Shown piece after piece: positions 26,877 through 43,317 of a DNA stretch of 64,000 nt. Source of the stretch: the human T2T-CHM13v2.0 reference genome, Homo sapiens. A program made the translations under genes and the position numbers. The notes under the pieces were generated by a model, which had not been told where the DNA came from, searched no databases, and saw only the letters and a list, made by a program, of their open reading frames with translations. Position 1 is the stretch's first letter, and every line of letters begins with the position of its first letter. The stretch is taken from assembly GCF_009914755.1 (NCBI RefSeq), contig NC_060929.1; one strand, 5' to 3'.

Positions 26877-27419
26877 AATACCAAAATCTTTTTTTATGAG
26901 TCAAGCGTCAACCAATGCCAACATGAGAGTAGAATTCAATGAGAGTGACCTGTAGGCCAAGAAAAAATTTCCCCGAAATCAACAAAGTAAAAAAACCTCT
27001 ACACTAGTGTTAAAGTCCTTATTGACTAACTATATCAAAATAGTGGCTATGATGAAATTTTAGATCACTAAAAAAAATACTATCTGTGATAATAAGAATC
27101 AGAAGCTATACACTGAAAAATTAACACTGTCCAGATCATGAAGTAACTCACATGCCAGATATAAAACTTCAGTTTTATACAGGGAATCTGTAAAAGGTTT
27201 TCAGGCAATTGAAGATGTGATGAAAATTGTGTTTTGTACAGATTGCTTTGTGAAAATTGGTCAAAATGGATGATAGTGATAAATAGAGTCATAAAGACCA
27301 GTTTGGGGGCTGCTTTATTAGTCCCAACTAAATATTATCTGAGCTTGAATTTGGGAAGCGACAGTACATTTGAAGAGGGTATATTGATGAAATATTTAGA
27401 AAATGAAATCAATAGTGTT

Positions 27420-27940
27420 TGACTAAACAATTCCAATTCTAGGTGTACATTTTTTTGTGTTTACATACAATCTTCAAAAGTCATGTATAAAATGAATATG
27501 GTAACATTATCAAAAAACTAAAAAACTGGAAACAATCCATGCCAATAAAGCAGATAAATTATAGTACTTTTATATAATGGATTACTATGTAGTGATTAAA
27601 ATTTAGAAAACATTGCTAAAATGCAACAATGTGAGCAAATCTCAAAAACACAATATTCAACAAAAGAAGCTGAATATAAATTGTACATTCTGTATGATTT
27701 CATTTATGTCAGGTTTACCAACAAGCAATGTGATCTATGCCATTAGAAGTCAGGTTAATGGTTACCTTTGATGAGAAATATAATGGGAAGGGGCCATGAG
27801 GCTGCTTCTGGGCTGCTGGTCATGTGCTGTTTCTAGATATATCAATATGTTCACTATGAAAATTCATCTAAGTGCATATTTATGTTTAGCATACTTTTCC
27901 CTACCTAGTTTTACTTCATTAAATATTACATTTAAAAATC
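27420..27940 (+). mobile_element. L1ME-type 3' end fragment flanked by L2-like sequence
   Basis: aaactggaaacaatcca..., ctgtatgatttcatttat..., ttagaagtcaggttaatggttacctttg motifs. Confidence 0.6.
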
Positions 27941-29589
27941 AAAATGGCTGAATGATCAATCGGATATGAGGAGAAAATGAGTCATAGAAATTGGAGTTAA
28001 TCTTGTAACCATGTTTCACTTATTAGGTGTTTTGAGCATCTATTATGTACAGTATGCATCACAGACATGTACATAAATGCTATGGAAGTGTTCAGATTTA
28101 GAATATTAGAAATTGCCACAATGGAGGAGATAGTATTTGAATTAAAGATTAGAGGATGGAGTAAGAATGTATCAGGTAGAGATTGCAAAGGATGACATTC
28201 CAAGCAAAAGGAAGATTATAGCATAACAGTGAACATTCAGGACAAGTTTGAATCATAAAGGGGCTTGAACAAAAGCTTTGAACTTCACTTCATAGAAATT
28301 TAAAATGTTTTTGAATGGACCAGTGTCATGAAACAAGGAGGTATATCATACATGAAATGTTTTAGGAGGGAAATCATTCGTTAAATGTTTTGAAAGGATG
28401 AGACTAGAGTCAAGAGGATTGGGGATGCTGGTACAATGGTCAAGGTGAAGAACTTTGAATGTGCATGCTGTCTTTATATCAGCAGAAATCAAAAAAGCAT
28501 TGGGAATGAACATCATTGAAAAGTCAGTGTCCATAGAACTTGACGGGTGATTGGATGTGGAGGTCAAAGGAGATGTGACGCAAAAGCCCATGTTAATGCT
28601 AGTAATCTTGTTAAGTGAATGTGCTGAGATATAGATCCTAAAGTGTTATCAAACAACTATTGACATGAATGTCAGCCATGTGCCTGCTTAAAAATAACTG
28701 TCAGATCCTACCTCAGAAATCAGGCTCTCTGAGGGTAAGGTTCAAATATCATACTTATTTAAGTCTTTCCTGTGATTTTTATGAAAATTTAATTTAAAGA
28801 TTTGTGCTCTTATAAGATATACTAAAAGGGAGAGAGTTGGTAAACCTGTTGTGGAAGTTACTAACCTACAAATGAAGTTTAAAATAACAAATTCCCACAC
28901 TAGTTTTTAGTATAGCACAGGAAGTTCTGAAAATGTGTACAATGGAATTAGAATGACTGAATGCTTTGAATGAGAATATAATAGGACTTCAGTAAGTGCA
29001 TTTCCACTAGCAAAGAACTCTGAGAGTAAAAATCTCTTGTTTCTTCAGAGCAGGCAACTGACTTTAATTTCAGCTGCAAATATGCTGTGAGTCCTTTTAC
29101 ATCCTGTGCCAACATGAATTATTTGCCAACTGTGAACCCTTATGAAGAGTCTCATTTTATGCAAGAAAAAGAAATATGGGCAGTTCACTGGGCTTGTATC
29201 CCTACTACATCTCAGAGAAAATTTCAGCTTCCCTGGTGAGAAAGTGAACAAACTGTATCCAGGCATGGGGCCAAACTTTGCAATTACAATCATGAAAGAA
29301 AAATATCAGCACAACTGCTGGTAAAAGTCTGAAGAATTATCAGAAACTGCCTTAGCTCCTGATTATTGATGGCTTTTAATTTTACGGTGTCCAAGCTAAC
29401 CTGAAACATTTATTTAAAGCAATTACCTAAATCTCCCAATTAGCCCACTAAACTCTATCAGATATTAGTAGTTTGCCATGTCTGAAGTAAATATTACAGG
29501 ATATTTAGGCAATAACTCTTGAGTGAAGGAAGTTTGCATAGGTTGTTCTAAAAGCTTTAAAAGGAACATGTAAACATTGAAAGTCACCA

Positions 29590-29787
29590 TCCCTGGCAAC
29601 ATAGTGAGACCCTGACTCTATCAAAAAAACCTGTCTACAGTCATAGCGACTCAAGAGGCTAAAGTGGAAGGAGAGCTTGAGCCCAGGAATTCAAGGTTAC
29701 AGTGAACTATGATCAGGCCACTGCACTCCAGCCTGGATGACAAAGCGAGATTCTGTCTCAAATAAATAAGTAAATAAATAAATAAAC
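29590..29787 (+). mobile_element. Partial AluJ/FRAM with (TAAA)n tail
   Basis: gaggctaaagtggaaggagagcttgagcccagg...ctgcactccagcctgg...tctca(aata)n. Confidence 0.8.
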
Positions 29788-32329
29788 TGGAACTCACCTC
29801 AGAAATTATCCATAGTACACTTTGTTATAATTCTACAGTAATTCAGATTCTAGAAGTCTCAGATATGGTCTATTATTTAAAAAAAATCCAGGACTTGATC
29901 CCAGGCATCCTTGTTTCTGGAAATATGTGCTTTTCTCTATAGCAAATTGACTATCTAATGGCAGGAAACTACTTATCTCCTTTCATGCCAAGCATTGAAG
30001 TTTCTAATAAGCATGTCAAGTCATATAAAGACAAAAACATTTAACTGAACTTTAAGCTAATATTTTTTATAAAGGGATAATCAAAATGCAGTAAAATTTA
30101 CCTTTCTAAAGTATAAAATTCACCTTTCTAAAGTATAAAATTCAATGAGTTTGACAAATACGTGTGGCTCTATGATCACCATCACAGTCATGTTATATGA
30201 CATTTCATCACCCAAAAATGTTCCTTTGTACCCCTTTGCAGTCATTTCTCATACACCACCCCTCAATCCCTTGCCACTACTGAGATATTTTTGTCTCTGA
30301 TGTTTTGCCTTTCCCAGAATGAAATATAAATGGAATTATCTATGATGTGTGTAGACTTTGTATATGGCTTCTTTAACTTAGCATAATGCTTTTGAGATTC
30401 ATCATGTTGAAGTGTCATTAGTTGGTTCCTTTTCATTGCTGAATAGTATTCTTTGGATGCACCACAGTATTTGCATTCATTCAAAGCTAATGGGCATTTA
30501 GATTGTTTTCGGTTTGGAGTGCTTTTGAATGAACCTGCTACAAAGGTTTCTGTAAGGTCTTGTCTGGACCTTAGTTTTCAGTTCCCTTCAATAAATGTGT
30601 AAAAGTGGAATTGCTGTATAATAAAATAAGTGTATGCTTAATATTTTTAAAAAACTGCTATCAGATCTAAGAGTAATGTTACCCAACTTATAATATAATA
30701 AATCAGCACATTACTGTTTCACAGACGTTCATAGAGGACTGAGGTCTCTGGGTCAGACAAATAACTTTATTACACAGCAAGCAGCATGAGCGTCTTCATG
30801 TTCATACCACTTCTCCTTGCACCGTAGTAGACTTATGAAGAACTTAGGAGGATTCCTACATGGGTGGTGGATTAAATTACAGGAGAAGAACATTGCAGTT
30901 GAGGAATCCACCTCCATTATAGCAAGCAATAAGTAGGTCTGTTCTTTATCCCGGAAAATATGTTACTTCATCTCTCAGGGTTGCTCACTGTACACACAAG
31001 ACATGAACAGTGAACTATTAAAAAAATGTAAAGAGTGGTCATGGCTTTGCATTTTTGGCATACTCAGCAAGAACGTGCAAAGAGCCTATGGTTGATTTCA
31101 TCATCCAACAATGGCCAAACTAGTCTCAAAAATTACTTTAATTTCTTACATCCTACCATTGGTATATGAGGCTCCAATTGCTCCGTATCCATTTTGAGAC
31201 TTATTTTTATTGTACTTTTCCATTTTACCAATCTAGTGGGATTCTAGTGGTATCTCATTGTGGTTTTACTTAATGACCAAAGATGGTGAGCTTGTTATCA
31301 TGTGCTTATTTGACATCCATATGTCTTATTTGCTGAAGTGTCTGCTTATTTACTTGGCACATTTTTATTGGGTTGTTTTCTTTATATTCAATTGTAAAAG
31401 TTCTTCAGGTAATCTGGATACAAGTCCTTTGTAACACATGTGTTTTAAAATATTTTATCCCTATTTGTGACTTACTTCTTTTCTTAATCCATTTGAAAGA
31501 ACTTAAGATTTTAATTTGAGGAAATTCAATTCATCAATTTTCTTTTATAGTTCGGGGTTTTTCTGCCTTATGAAAAAAAGCTCTGTCTTACCCAATACAA
31601 CACAGACTTATCCATTGCTTCTGTATGGCTTTACAATTTTAGCTTTTATACATATGACCTTTTTTGAGTTAATTTTACATACTTTTATAAAGTAAGGGTT
31701 AATATTAACTTTTGTATATATGAATATCTAATGGTTCCACTGCAATTTGTGAGAAAGACTATCCTTTTCACCACAGTAAGGAAAAATACAAGTGGGTCTC
31801 AAGATGGGTAGGAATGGAGAATTTGTGTGAAAGTTGTGGGGGGAAAACTGTACTATTTCATCTCACCTCCCTTTCTCAGACGAGATTCATGATTTCCAAT
31901 TAAATTATCTTGGCAGCTTTGTTTTCCATGCATGGGTAGTTCTACTTCTATGTCTTGTTAGGCCAATAGTACATAGTCTTGACTACAGGTAGACTAAGTC
32001 CTTCACATTTATTTCTCTCTTTTTACTTACATTTAATTTTATAATAAGTTTGTCAATTTCTGACACACAAAAAAAGAAAGAAACACATAGGTTTTGATTG
32101 GGTTTGCACTAAACCTGTAGGTAAGTTTGGAGAAATTGACATCTTAATAATATTGATCTCATCATGATCTCCCTATTTACTTAGGATTCTGTTAATTTTC
32201 TCAGAGATCTTTTTGTTTATTAAAGTTCAAATTTTATATATCTCTTATTAGATTTATTCCTAAGTATTTTGTATATATTAATTATATTTTAAATGGTATG
32301 GATTTAATTCAATTTCCAATTGATTGCTG

Positions 32330-32555
32330 GTTATATGTATATGTATATAATATAATATATTTAATATATTATATTTACTTATAAACAGCATATTTTATAA
32401 TATATATTATATATAATATATACTGTATTACTAAGTAATACAGTATATATTATATATAATATAATTATATATAGTATATATAAAATTATATATAGTATAT
32501 TATCTATAATATACTATGTATAATATACTATATTATATATACACACATACACACA
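32330..32555. repeat. AT-rich low-complexity tract containing a perfect palindrome
   Basis: (TA)n/(TAA)-rich sequence; see findings. Confidence 0.9.
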
Positions 32556-33350
32556 AATGAATTTTGTATATTAGTGTTGTAGTCTGTGACCTTGAAGTGA
32601 ACTCTTTTGTAGACTATGAGATACTTAATGGAACTAGTGTCTTTCTTAGTAGATGCTTTTAAATTTTTCTATGTAGATGGTTATGTAATCTGTGAATAAA
32701 GATATTTTTATTTCTTCTTTTCTAATTTTTTGACTTTTTTGTCACCCTTGATTTGTTCAAAGTTGTAAGCAGAAATCACTCTGTATTTGATCATTAGACA
32801 TAATAGCTTTTTGTTTTACAGTGTACTTTGTCAGTTTGAAGAAATTTTCTTGTATTGTTAGATTTCTGTGGGTGTTTGCATAAATGGATGTTAAATTTTG
32901 TCAAATGCTTTTTTCTGTATTTATTTAGATTTTTTTTCCATTTTAGTCTGTTTATATGGTGAATTAAAATTGACATGTGTTTGAATGTTTCTCCAATCTT
33001 GCATAGCTAGCTTTAACTCCATTTGACCACAATATAAAGATTAACCTCTTTATATATTGTTGAATTTAATTTGCTAATATTTTCCTGAGGATTTTTCCCT
33101 CTATGTACAGGAGGAATATTGATCTATAATTTTCTTTTCTTGTTATGACCTTGCCTGGTTGTGGTATCAGGGCAGTGCAGGTTTTCTAAAATAAGTTTAG
33201 AAATGATTGCTTCTCTCTCATTTTTTTGAAAATGTATGGAATTGATATTATATTTTCCTTTATTACCTAGTACAAATTATCCATGAAGCCATCTAGATAC
33301 GTCACTTTCTTGGGGAAAGTTTTTAACTAAAATTTCAATTTATTTAATAC

Positions 33351-34430
33351 TGTTTTAAAATTTTAATTGGGAGGACATTAGGCCTACAGCACTTTGGATT
33401 CCTACATAAGCTAACAAATCAAATCCCACTGTAAACAGTAAAACAAAACTTAAGCTTCACCATCAGAAACCACCAACTAACATATAACTGTTACCAGTGG
33501 CAAATATTGGAGTCTCACCGCACCAAATATATTACCAGTGGAAGGCATGTGAGTTATCAGCAGCAAATCCATGTGGGTCTGCAGCAACTTCAATTCTTAC
33601 CTCCTCGGGAAAAAAAAAAAAATTGCCCCCTCAGAAAAAAAGAATTTTTCTTCCAGAAGAACATAAGGCAGAAAAAGAGTCTGAAGCAAGTTTCAGAGAA
33701 GTAGAAGTTTATTTAAAAAGAACGGAGAGTACACTTGGAAGAGATCCAAGCAGGCAAGTGAAATTCAAGTGCAGTGTTTAATTGTGAATCTAGGAATTTA
33801 TAGGACCGGCCCCCTTCCGGAGTCTTGCAACCCTTTCCCATGATTCTTCCCTTAGGGTGAGCTGCTCACATGTGCAGTTCCCTCCTTACCCTTAGGAGAT
33901 GAGCAGGCACAGTGTGTTTAGGAAGTTGTAGGCACGCCCATCTGAGGCTTTTCCTCCCTTTCCTGGTGAAGTACCCCTGGAAGGTCATATTCCACCATTT
34001 TGTCTCTTAATGCACATACCCAGGAAGTTGCTTCTCCCTGGCATCTGCATTCAATTAACACTTTAGTGCAACTGGTGTGGACCATCAAGAAATAGCCTCT
34101 CCCTGGTGCTAGCTGCCAACTTATCACATTTAGAGAGGCAATGTGGTAATTGCCAAGCCATCACCCAACATTCCTAGTAGGTGGGGGAGAGTCTTCTTCT
34201 GTCCTGCTCATACATGTCTAACTACCTGTAACATATCTAGGGGTATTTCACTTTAAGCAAGCAAATATATTTTCATTTTCTTGCTTCTGTGAACATGTTA
34301 TACAAGTTTCCCCTCATACCCCCTCAGTGGAGTGCTAAGCTGCTTGAGGTCTAGTGCTGCCTGATTCATGACTGTCTGCCTGCTCCAATAAACTCCTTAA
34401 AATTTTAATGTGTCTAAGTTTCTTTTAACA
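33351..34430 (+). mobile_element. ERV1 solo LTR (MER93-like), split by a nested LTR
   Basis: TG...CA termini and TSD atac (33347-33350, 34431-34434). Homologous to 42833-43175. Confidence 0.8.
33489..34233 (-). mobile_element. MER50/LTR9-like solo LTR
   Basis: Minus strand starts tgttacaggtagttagacatgtatgagcagg. TSD taac/tatc. Confidence 0.82.
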
Positions 34431-35326
34431 ATACATATAGGGATATTCAAGAAATTCATTTCTTTTTAAGTGAACTGTTTCAGCTTGTGTATTTTGAGGA
34501 GTTTGTACATTTTATCTAATTGATTGAATGTATTGTCACAAGGTTTTTTGTAATATTCTTTTTTAAAATTTATTTCTGATATTGATAAATTGTTTCTTAA
34601 TCAGCATTGGTAGAGTTTTGTCAAACAGCACTTATATTATTTGAGGTCTTTGACAATAGAAAATTGCCTGTGCCTCTTCTAGTGATAGCAGATCTCTGCT
34701 TTTTGTCTGTGCAAGATCCTGGACACATTTCTCATTTTCCATATCTCTCTCTAGTGCAGGTGGCTTTGCTTCTGTTCCTCCTTCAATGGTAGTGTACTTC
34801 TACTTGGATGTTTGGGCAGGAGGATTTCTTGCCCCTTAACCAGCATTAAAATTCTGTTACATAGTACAAAGTTCGTGGTGTGTCCCAGGGTTTTCCTCCC
34901 CCTCCCTCAGAGGCATACAACATTTGTTTTATCCTCCATCAAGATGTTTGCAGTTGCTTAAACCTGGATGCTGGAGGGTTCTTCCCCTCTCCTAAAAGGT
35001 AAATGACTTGCTGATTCTATTCTACCCCAGAGGGAAGATTGGGTTTTTGAAGAGCTATTAAGTGTGGGAGAGTTTTCTGCCCCTTGTCCAGTTTCTTAAT
35101 GCTTTTGGTTTGTAAGAGGCAAGAGCCCAAAAAGTGGAAGGAGATTTTTATCTGTATGCCACTGGCTGTGAGGACTGGGGACAAGGGTGGGTTCTTTCAG
35201 GTGACCTGATCTGCCCCCTCCGTTTCTCGTAAGTACACATACTAGAAGCCTGTGAAGAAAATGTTTGTTCGTATGCCCAAGATTCTAAGCTGATCACTAC
35301 AAACTGGTGTTTTAATAAAATGTTGA

Positions 35327-36352
35327 GGAGGTGGAGCCAAGATGGCCAAATAGGAACAGCTCCACTCTACAGCTCCCAGCGTAAGTGATGCAGAAGACGG
35401 TGTTTTCTACATTTCCAACTGAGGTACCAGGTTCATCTCACTGGGGAGTGCTGGACAGTGGGTGCAGGACAGTGGGTGCAGCACATCGTGCATGAGCCAA
35501 AGCAGGGCAAGTCATTGCCTCCCCCAGGAAGTGCAAGGGGTCAGGGAATTCCCTTTCCTAGTCAAAGAAAGGGGTGATAGACGGAACCTGGAAAATTGGG
35601 TCACTCCTACCCTAATACTGAGCTTTTCCAATGGGCTTAAAAAATGGCACACCAGGAGATTAAAGCCTGCACCTGGCTCAGAGGGTCCTATGCCCTCGGA
35701 GCCTAGTTCATTGCTAGCACAGCAGTCTGAGATCAAACTGCAAGGTGGCAGTGAGGCTGGGGGAGGGGTGCCAGCCATTGCCCAGGCTTGAGTAGGTAAA
35801 CAAAGGGGCCAGGAACCTCGAACAAGGTGGAGCCCACCGCAGCTCAAGGAGGCCTTCCTGCCTCTGTAAGCTCGATCTCTGGGGGCAGGGCAAAGACAAA
35901 AAAAAGACAGCAATAACCTCTGCAGACTTAAATGTCCCTGTCTGACAGCTTTGAAGAGAGTAGTGGTTCTCCCAGCACACAGCTTGAGATCTGAGAACAG
36001 GCAGACAGCCTCCTCAAGTGGGTCCCTAACCCCAAGTAGCCTAACTGGGAGGCACCCCCCAGCAGGGGCAGACTGACACCTCACACGACTGGGTACTCCT
36101 CTGAGACAAAACTTCCAGAGGAATGATCAGGCAGCAGCATTTGCTGTTGACCAATATCCGCTGTTCTGCAGCCACCACTGCTGGTACCCAGGCAAACAGG
36201 GTCTGGAGTGGACTTCCAGCAAACTCCAACACACCTGCAGCTGAGGTTCCTGACTGTTAGAAGGAAAATTAACAAAGAGAAAGGACATCCACACCAAAAA
36301 CCCATCTGTACATCACTATCATCAAAGACCAAAGGTAGATAAAACCACAAAG
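35327..36352 (+). promoter_or_regulatory. L1 5' UTR with internal sense/antisense promoter, YY1 site (caagatggc) and 129-bp ZNF93-type segment (~36099-36227)
   Basis: YY1 motif at ~35338. The UTR is ~125 nt longer than in L1HS. Many CpGs have decayed to TpG/CpA. Confidence 0.75.
35512..35778 (-). CDS. L1 ORF0 homologue (88 aa, open)
   Basis: MAGTPPPASLPPCSLISDCCASN...IRVGVTQFSR matches primate L1 ORF0. ATG at 35778-35776. Expression unknown. Confidence 0.55.
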   Translation of the reverse strand: MAGTPPPASLPPCSLISDCCASNELGSEGIGPSEPGAGFNLLVCHFLSPLEKLSIRVGVTQFSRFRLSPLSLTRKGNSLTPCTSWGRQ

Positions 36353-37368
36353 ATGGGGAAAAAACAGAGAAGAAAAACCAGCAACTCTAAAAATCCGAGT
36401 GCCTTTCCTCTGCCAAAGGAATGCAGCTCCTCACCAGCAACAGAACAAAGCTGGAAGGAGAAAGATTTTGATGAGTTGAGAGAGGAAGTCTTCAGAAGAT
36501 CAAACTACTCCAAGCTAAAGGAGGAAGTTCAAACAAATGGCAGAGAAGTTAAAAACTTTGAAAAAAATTAGATGAATGGATAACTAGAATAACCAATGCA
36601 GAGAAGTCCTTAAAGGACCTGAAGGAGCTGAAAACCATGGCACAAGAACTACGTGATGAATGCACAAGCCTCAGTAGATGATGCAATCAACTGGAAGAAA
36701 GGGTATCAGTGATGGAAGATGAAGTGAATGAAGTGAAGCACGAAGAGAAGTTTAGAGAAAAAAGAATAAAAACAAATGAACAAAGTCTCCAAGAAATATG
36801 GGAATATGTGAAAAGAATAAATCTATGTCTGATTGGTGTACCCAAAAGTGACGGGGAGAATGGAACCAAGTTGGAAAATGCTCTGCAGGATATTATCCAG
36901 GAGAACTTCCCCAATCTAGCAAGGCAGTCGAACATTCAAAACCAGGAAATACAGAGAATGCCACAAAGATACTCCTTGAGAAGAGCAACTCCAAGACACA
37001 TAATTGTCAGATTCACCAAAGTTGAAATGAAGGAAAAAATGTTAACGGCAGCCAGAGAGAAATGTTGGGTTAACCACAAAGGGAAGCCCATCAGACTAAC
37101 AGCTGATCTCTCAGCAGAAACTCCACAAGCCAGAAGAGAGTGGGGGCCAATATTCCACATTCTTAAAGAAAAGAATTTTCAACCCAGAATTTCATATCCA
37201 GCCAAACTAAGCCTCATAAGTGAAGGAGAAAGGAAATACTTTACAGACAAGCAAATGCTGAGAGATTTTGTCACCACCAGGCCTGCCCTAAAAGAGCTCC
37301 TGAAGGAAGGAATAAACATGGAAAGGAACAGTCAGTACAAGCCATTGCAAAAACGTGCCAAATTGTAA
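36353..37368 (+). pseudogene. L1 ORF1p (RNA-binding chaperone), disrupted
   Basis: MGKKQRRK... 36353-36571 stops early. The C-terminal 219 aa are open at 36709-37368. Confidence 0.93.
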
Positions 37369-37431
37369 AGACCTTCAAGGCTAGGAAGAAACTGCATCAA
37401 CTAACGAGCAAAATAACCAGCTAACATCATA

Positions 37432-41259
<3,828 letters not shown>

Positions 41260-42832
41260 ACAACGAGAACACATGGACACAGGAAGAGGAACATCATACT
41301 CCGGGGACTGTTGTGGGGTGGGGCGAGGGGGGAGGGATAGCATTAGGAGATATACCTAATGCTAAATGACGAGTTAATGGGTGCAGCACACCAAAATGGC
41401 ACATGTATAAATATGTAACAAACCTGCACGTTGTTCACATGTACCCTAAAACTTAAAGTATAATAATAATAAAATAATAAAAGAAAAGAAAATGTTGAAA
41501 TTTCAGTTGTTTTGTCTTACCAACTAGTAGGGCAGCTTCTTTATTTCTCTTGTGTTCTGCTCAAGATGAAATGGTTCATAGGCCCTTTTAAGGGATGTGT
41601 CTCCCTTTGGCCTTTAGTTCAACACATCGGCTTGAATACCCATGTCTCTGATGAGTTTCAGAAAAGTTAGGGTTTTGTAGATATTTGTATATTTTTTCTT
41701 TGTTGTCAGGATAAGAACGATGTACTCCTGCAGCTTTCTGCAACCTAGAAAGCTCCAGCAACATTTTGTAAATTATCCATTACTAAACTATATTATATCG
41801 TCACTGGAAGACTGGTCAACAATTTGTCAATATGACATTTAATTACATTTTTATACTATCAAATCAATCATTTAAAAGTAACTTGATCTATAATATTGAT
41901 TTTATAAGAAGAATGACTTCTTATGTACTCAAAGAAGACAATAAGAATATATACATATGTATGTGTGTGTATATATATATATGTAAAGTTGTGAAATGTT
42001 TGTAATGAGACACTGCATTTTGGGGAGTGAGAATAAAATAGTAAATATCCACAAATTCTACAACATTGGAACTAGAAAAAACTATTAAAGTTAATGAGCA
42101 GAAAGTCAGAGTTAAACAAGATAGAAAAGATTCAACCATTTACAAAAGAAAAGGTATCAAAAGCATGTAAAGCAATTCTAGTGGAAAGGGAGAATATGAG
42201 TGATTGGGCTATTTACATAATTATGTACCACTGTGCTCAGTATGGAATTTCAAATTTAAGTACATATTAGCAAAAATAGGCATGTGAAATAACTAAACAG
42301 TTTCAAATATCTCAAGCAAAATATATATGCTATCATATGCACACAAACAAACGTAAGTAAAATTAATTTTTTTTGTTAATTAAATACTTACTGTATTTGG
42401 TTTCTTATCATTTTCAGTCTCTATTTCTGATATGTCCTATGGCAGCAGAAATGGGGTTAGAGGTGGGGATTTATATCAAAAATCTTAAGAGGCTTACTTG
42501 ATAAGCAGTAAAGCACACAGAAATTGCAAATAACTTTTAGATTTCTGGTTCAAGTGATTTGCCTAAAAACTGGTGTAACTCATAGATGGGAAATGTAGAT
42601 TCAATGACACTTTCAAGGATTGTATTGGCATGATCATTTCCTGTAGTTGTTAGGGTCATGTCAAGTTTGAGTAATCTCCGTATGGTCATTCCATTAAAAA
42701 AAATTTATTGAATGTTAATGTTCTCTTGAATTTCTTGCATTGCGATTGACCAACAACTGCAAAATAAAATAAGGGAAGGGGATCCTGAAAACAACATGTG
42801 AAGAAAATGAAGTTCTATTAAGCTTTATACAC

Positions 42833-43175
42833 TGTTTTTTTTTTTTAATTTATTGAGAGACTGTTGAGCTCAGATGACTTCAGCGCCTAAGGTTCCTCCA
42901 TAAACAGATCAAAACGCAACCCGAAAACAAATAAAACGAAACTTAGGCTTAACCAATACAAAACTGCCAACTAACCTCTAACTAGGGACTTTCCACTTTA
43001 ACCAACCAAGTATCATTTTTTGTCTTGTTTCCACAAACACCTTATAAAAGTTTTCCCCTTGAGACCTCTCAATGAAGGCCTGAACCCCTTGGGGTCTAGC
43101 ACTGCTTGATTCATGAGTCACTGTCTGCTCTAACAAACTCTAACATTTTCATGTGCCCTAGGTTTTATTTTAAAT
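42833..43175 (+). mobile_element. ERV1 solo LTR (MER93-like)
   Basis: aaaacgaaacttaggcttaaccaat...ccaactaacctctaactagggactttccac, collinear with 33351-34430 once the nested insert is removed. Confidence 0.78.
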
Positions 43176-43317
43176 ACCTAGTACCTTAAATCAGCACAAT
43201 GCAGTAGAACGCATTTATTAAACAAACTAATTGTTCTCTGGGGTTTTTCTGAGGCTCAGAAGAGGAAAGGAGGACAACCATTGCCATTGTTTCCTTCTTT
43301 TATGGACAAAGCACTTT

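Larger units (their letters stand above)
30060..35326 (-). mobile_element. Old L1M (L1MB/MC/ME-like) relic carrying nested LTRs; resumes after the L1PA at ~41490-41760
   Basis: L1M 3' end (caatgagtttgacaaata...tgttcctttgtacccctttgcagtca) and antisense ORF2 relics (gtggtatctcattgtggtttt; ttgtcaaatgctttttt; ctggttgtggtatcaggg). Confidence 0.7.

Noticed and set aside
30092-30143. 22-bp tandem duplication (similar short ones at 1121-1155 and 15427-15500)
   Set aside because: Ordinary slippage duplications inside repeats.
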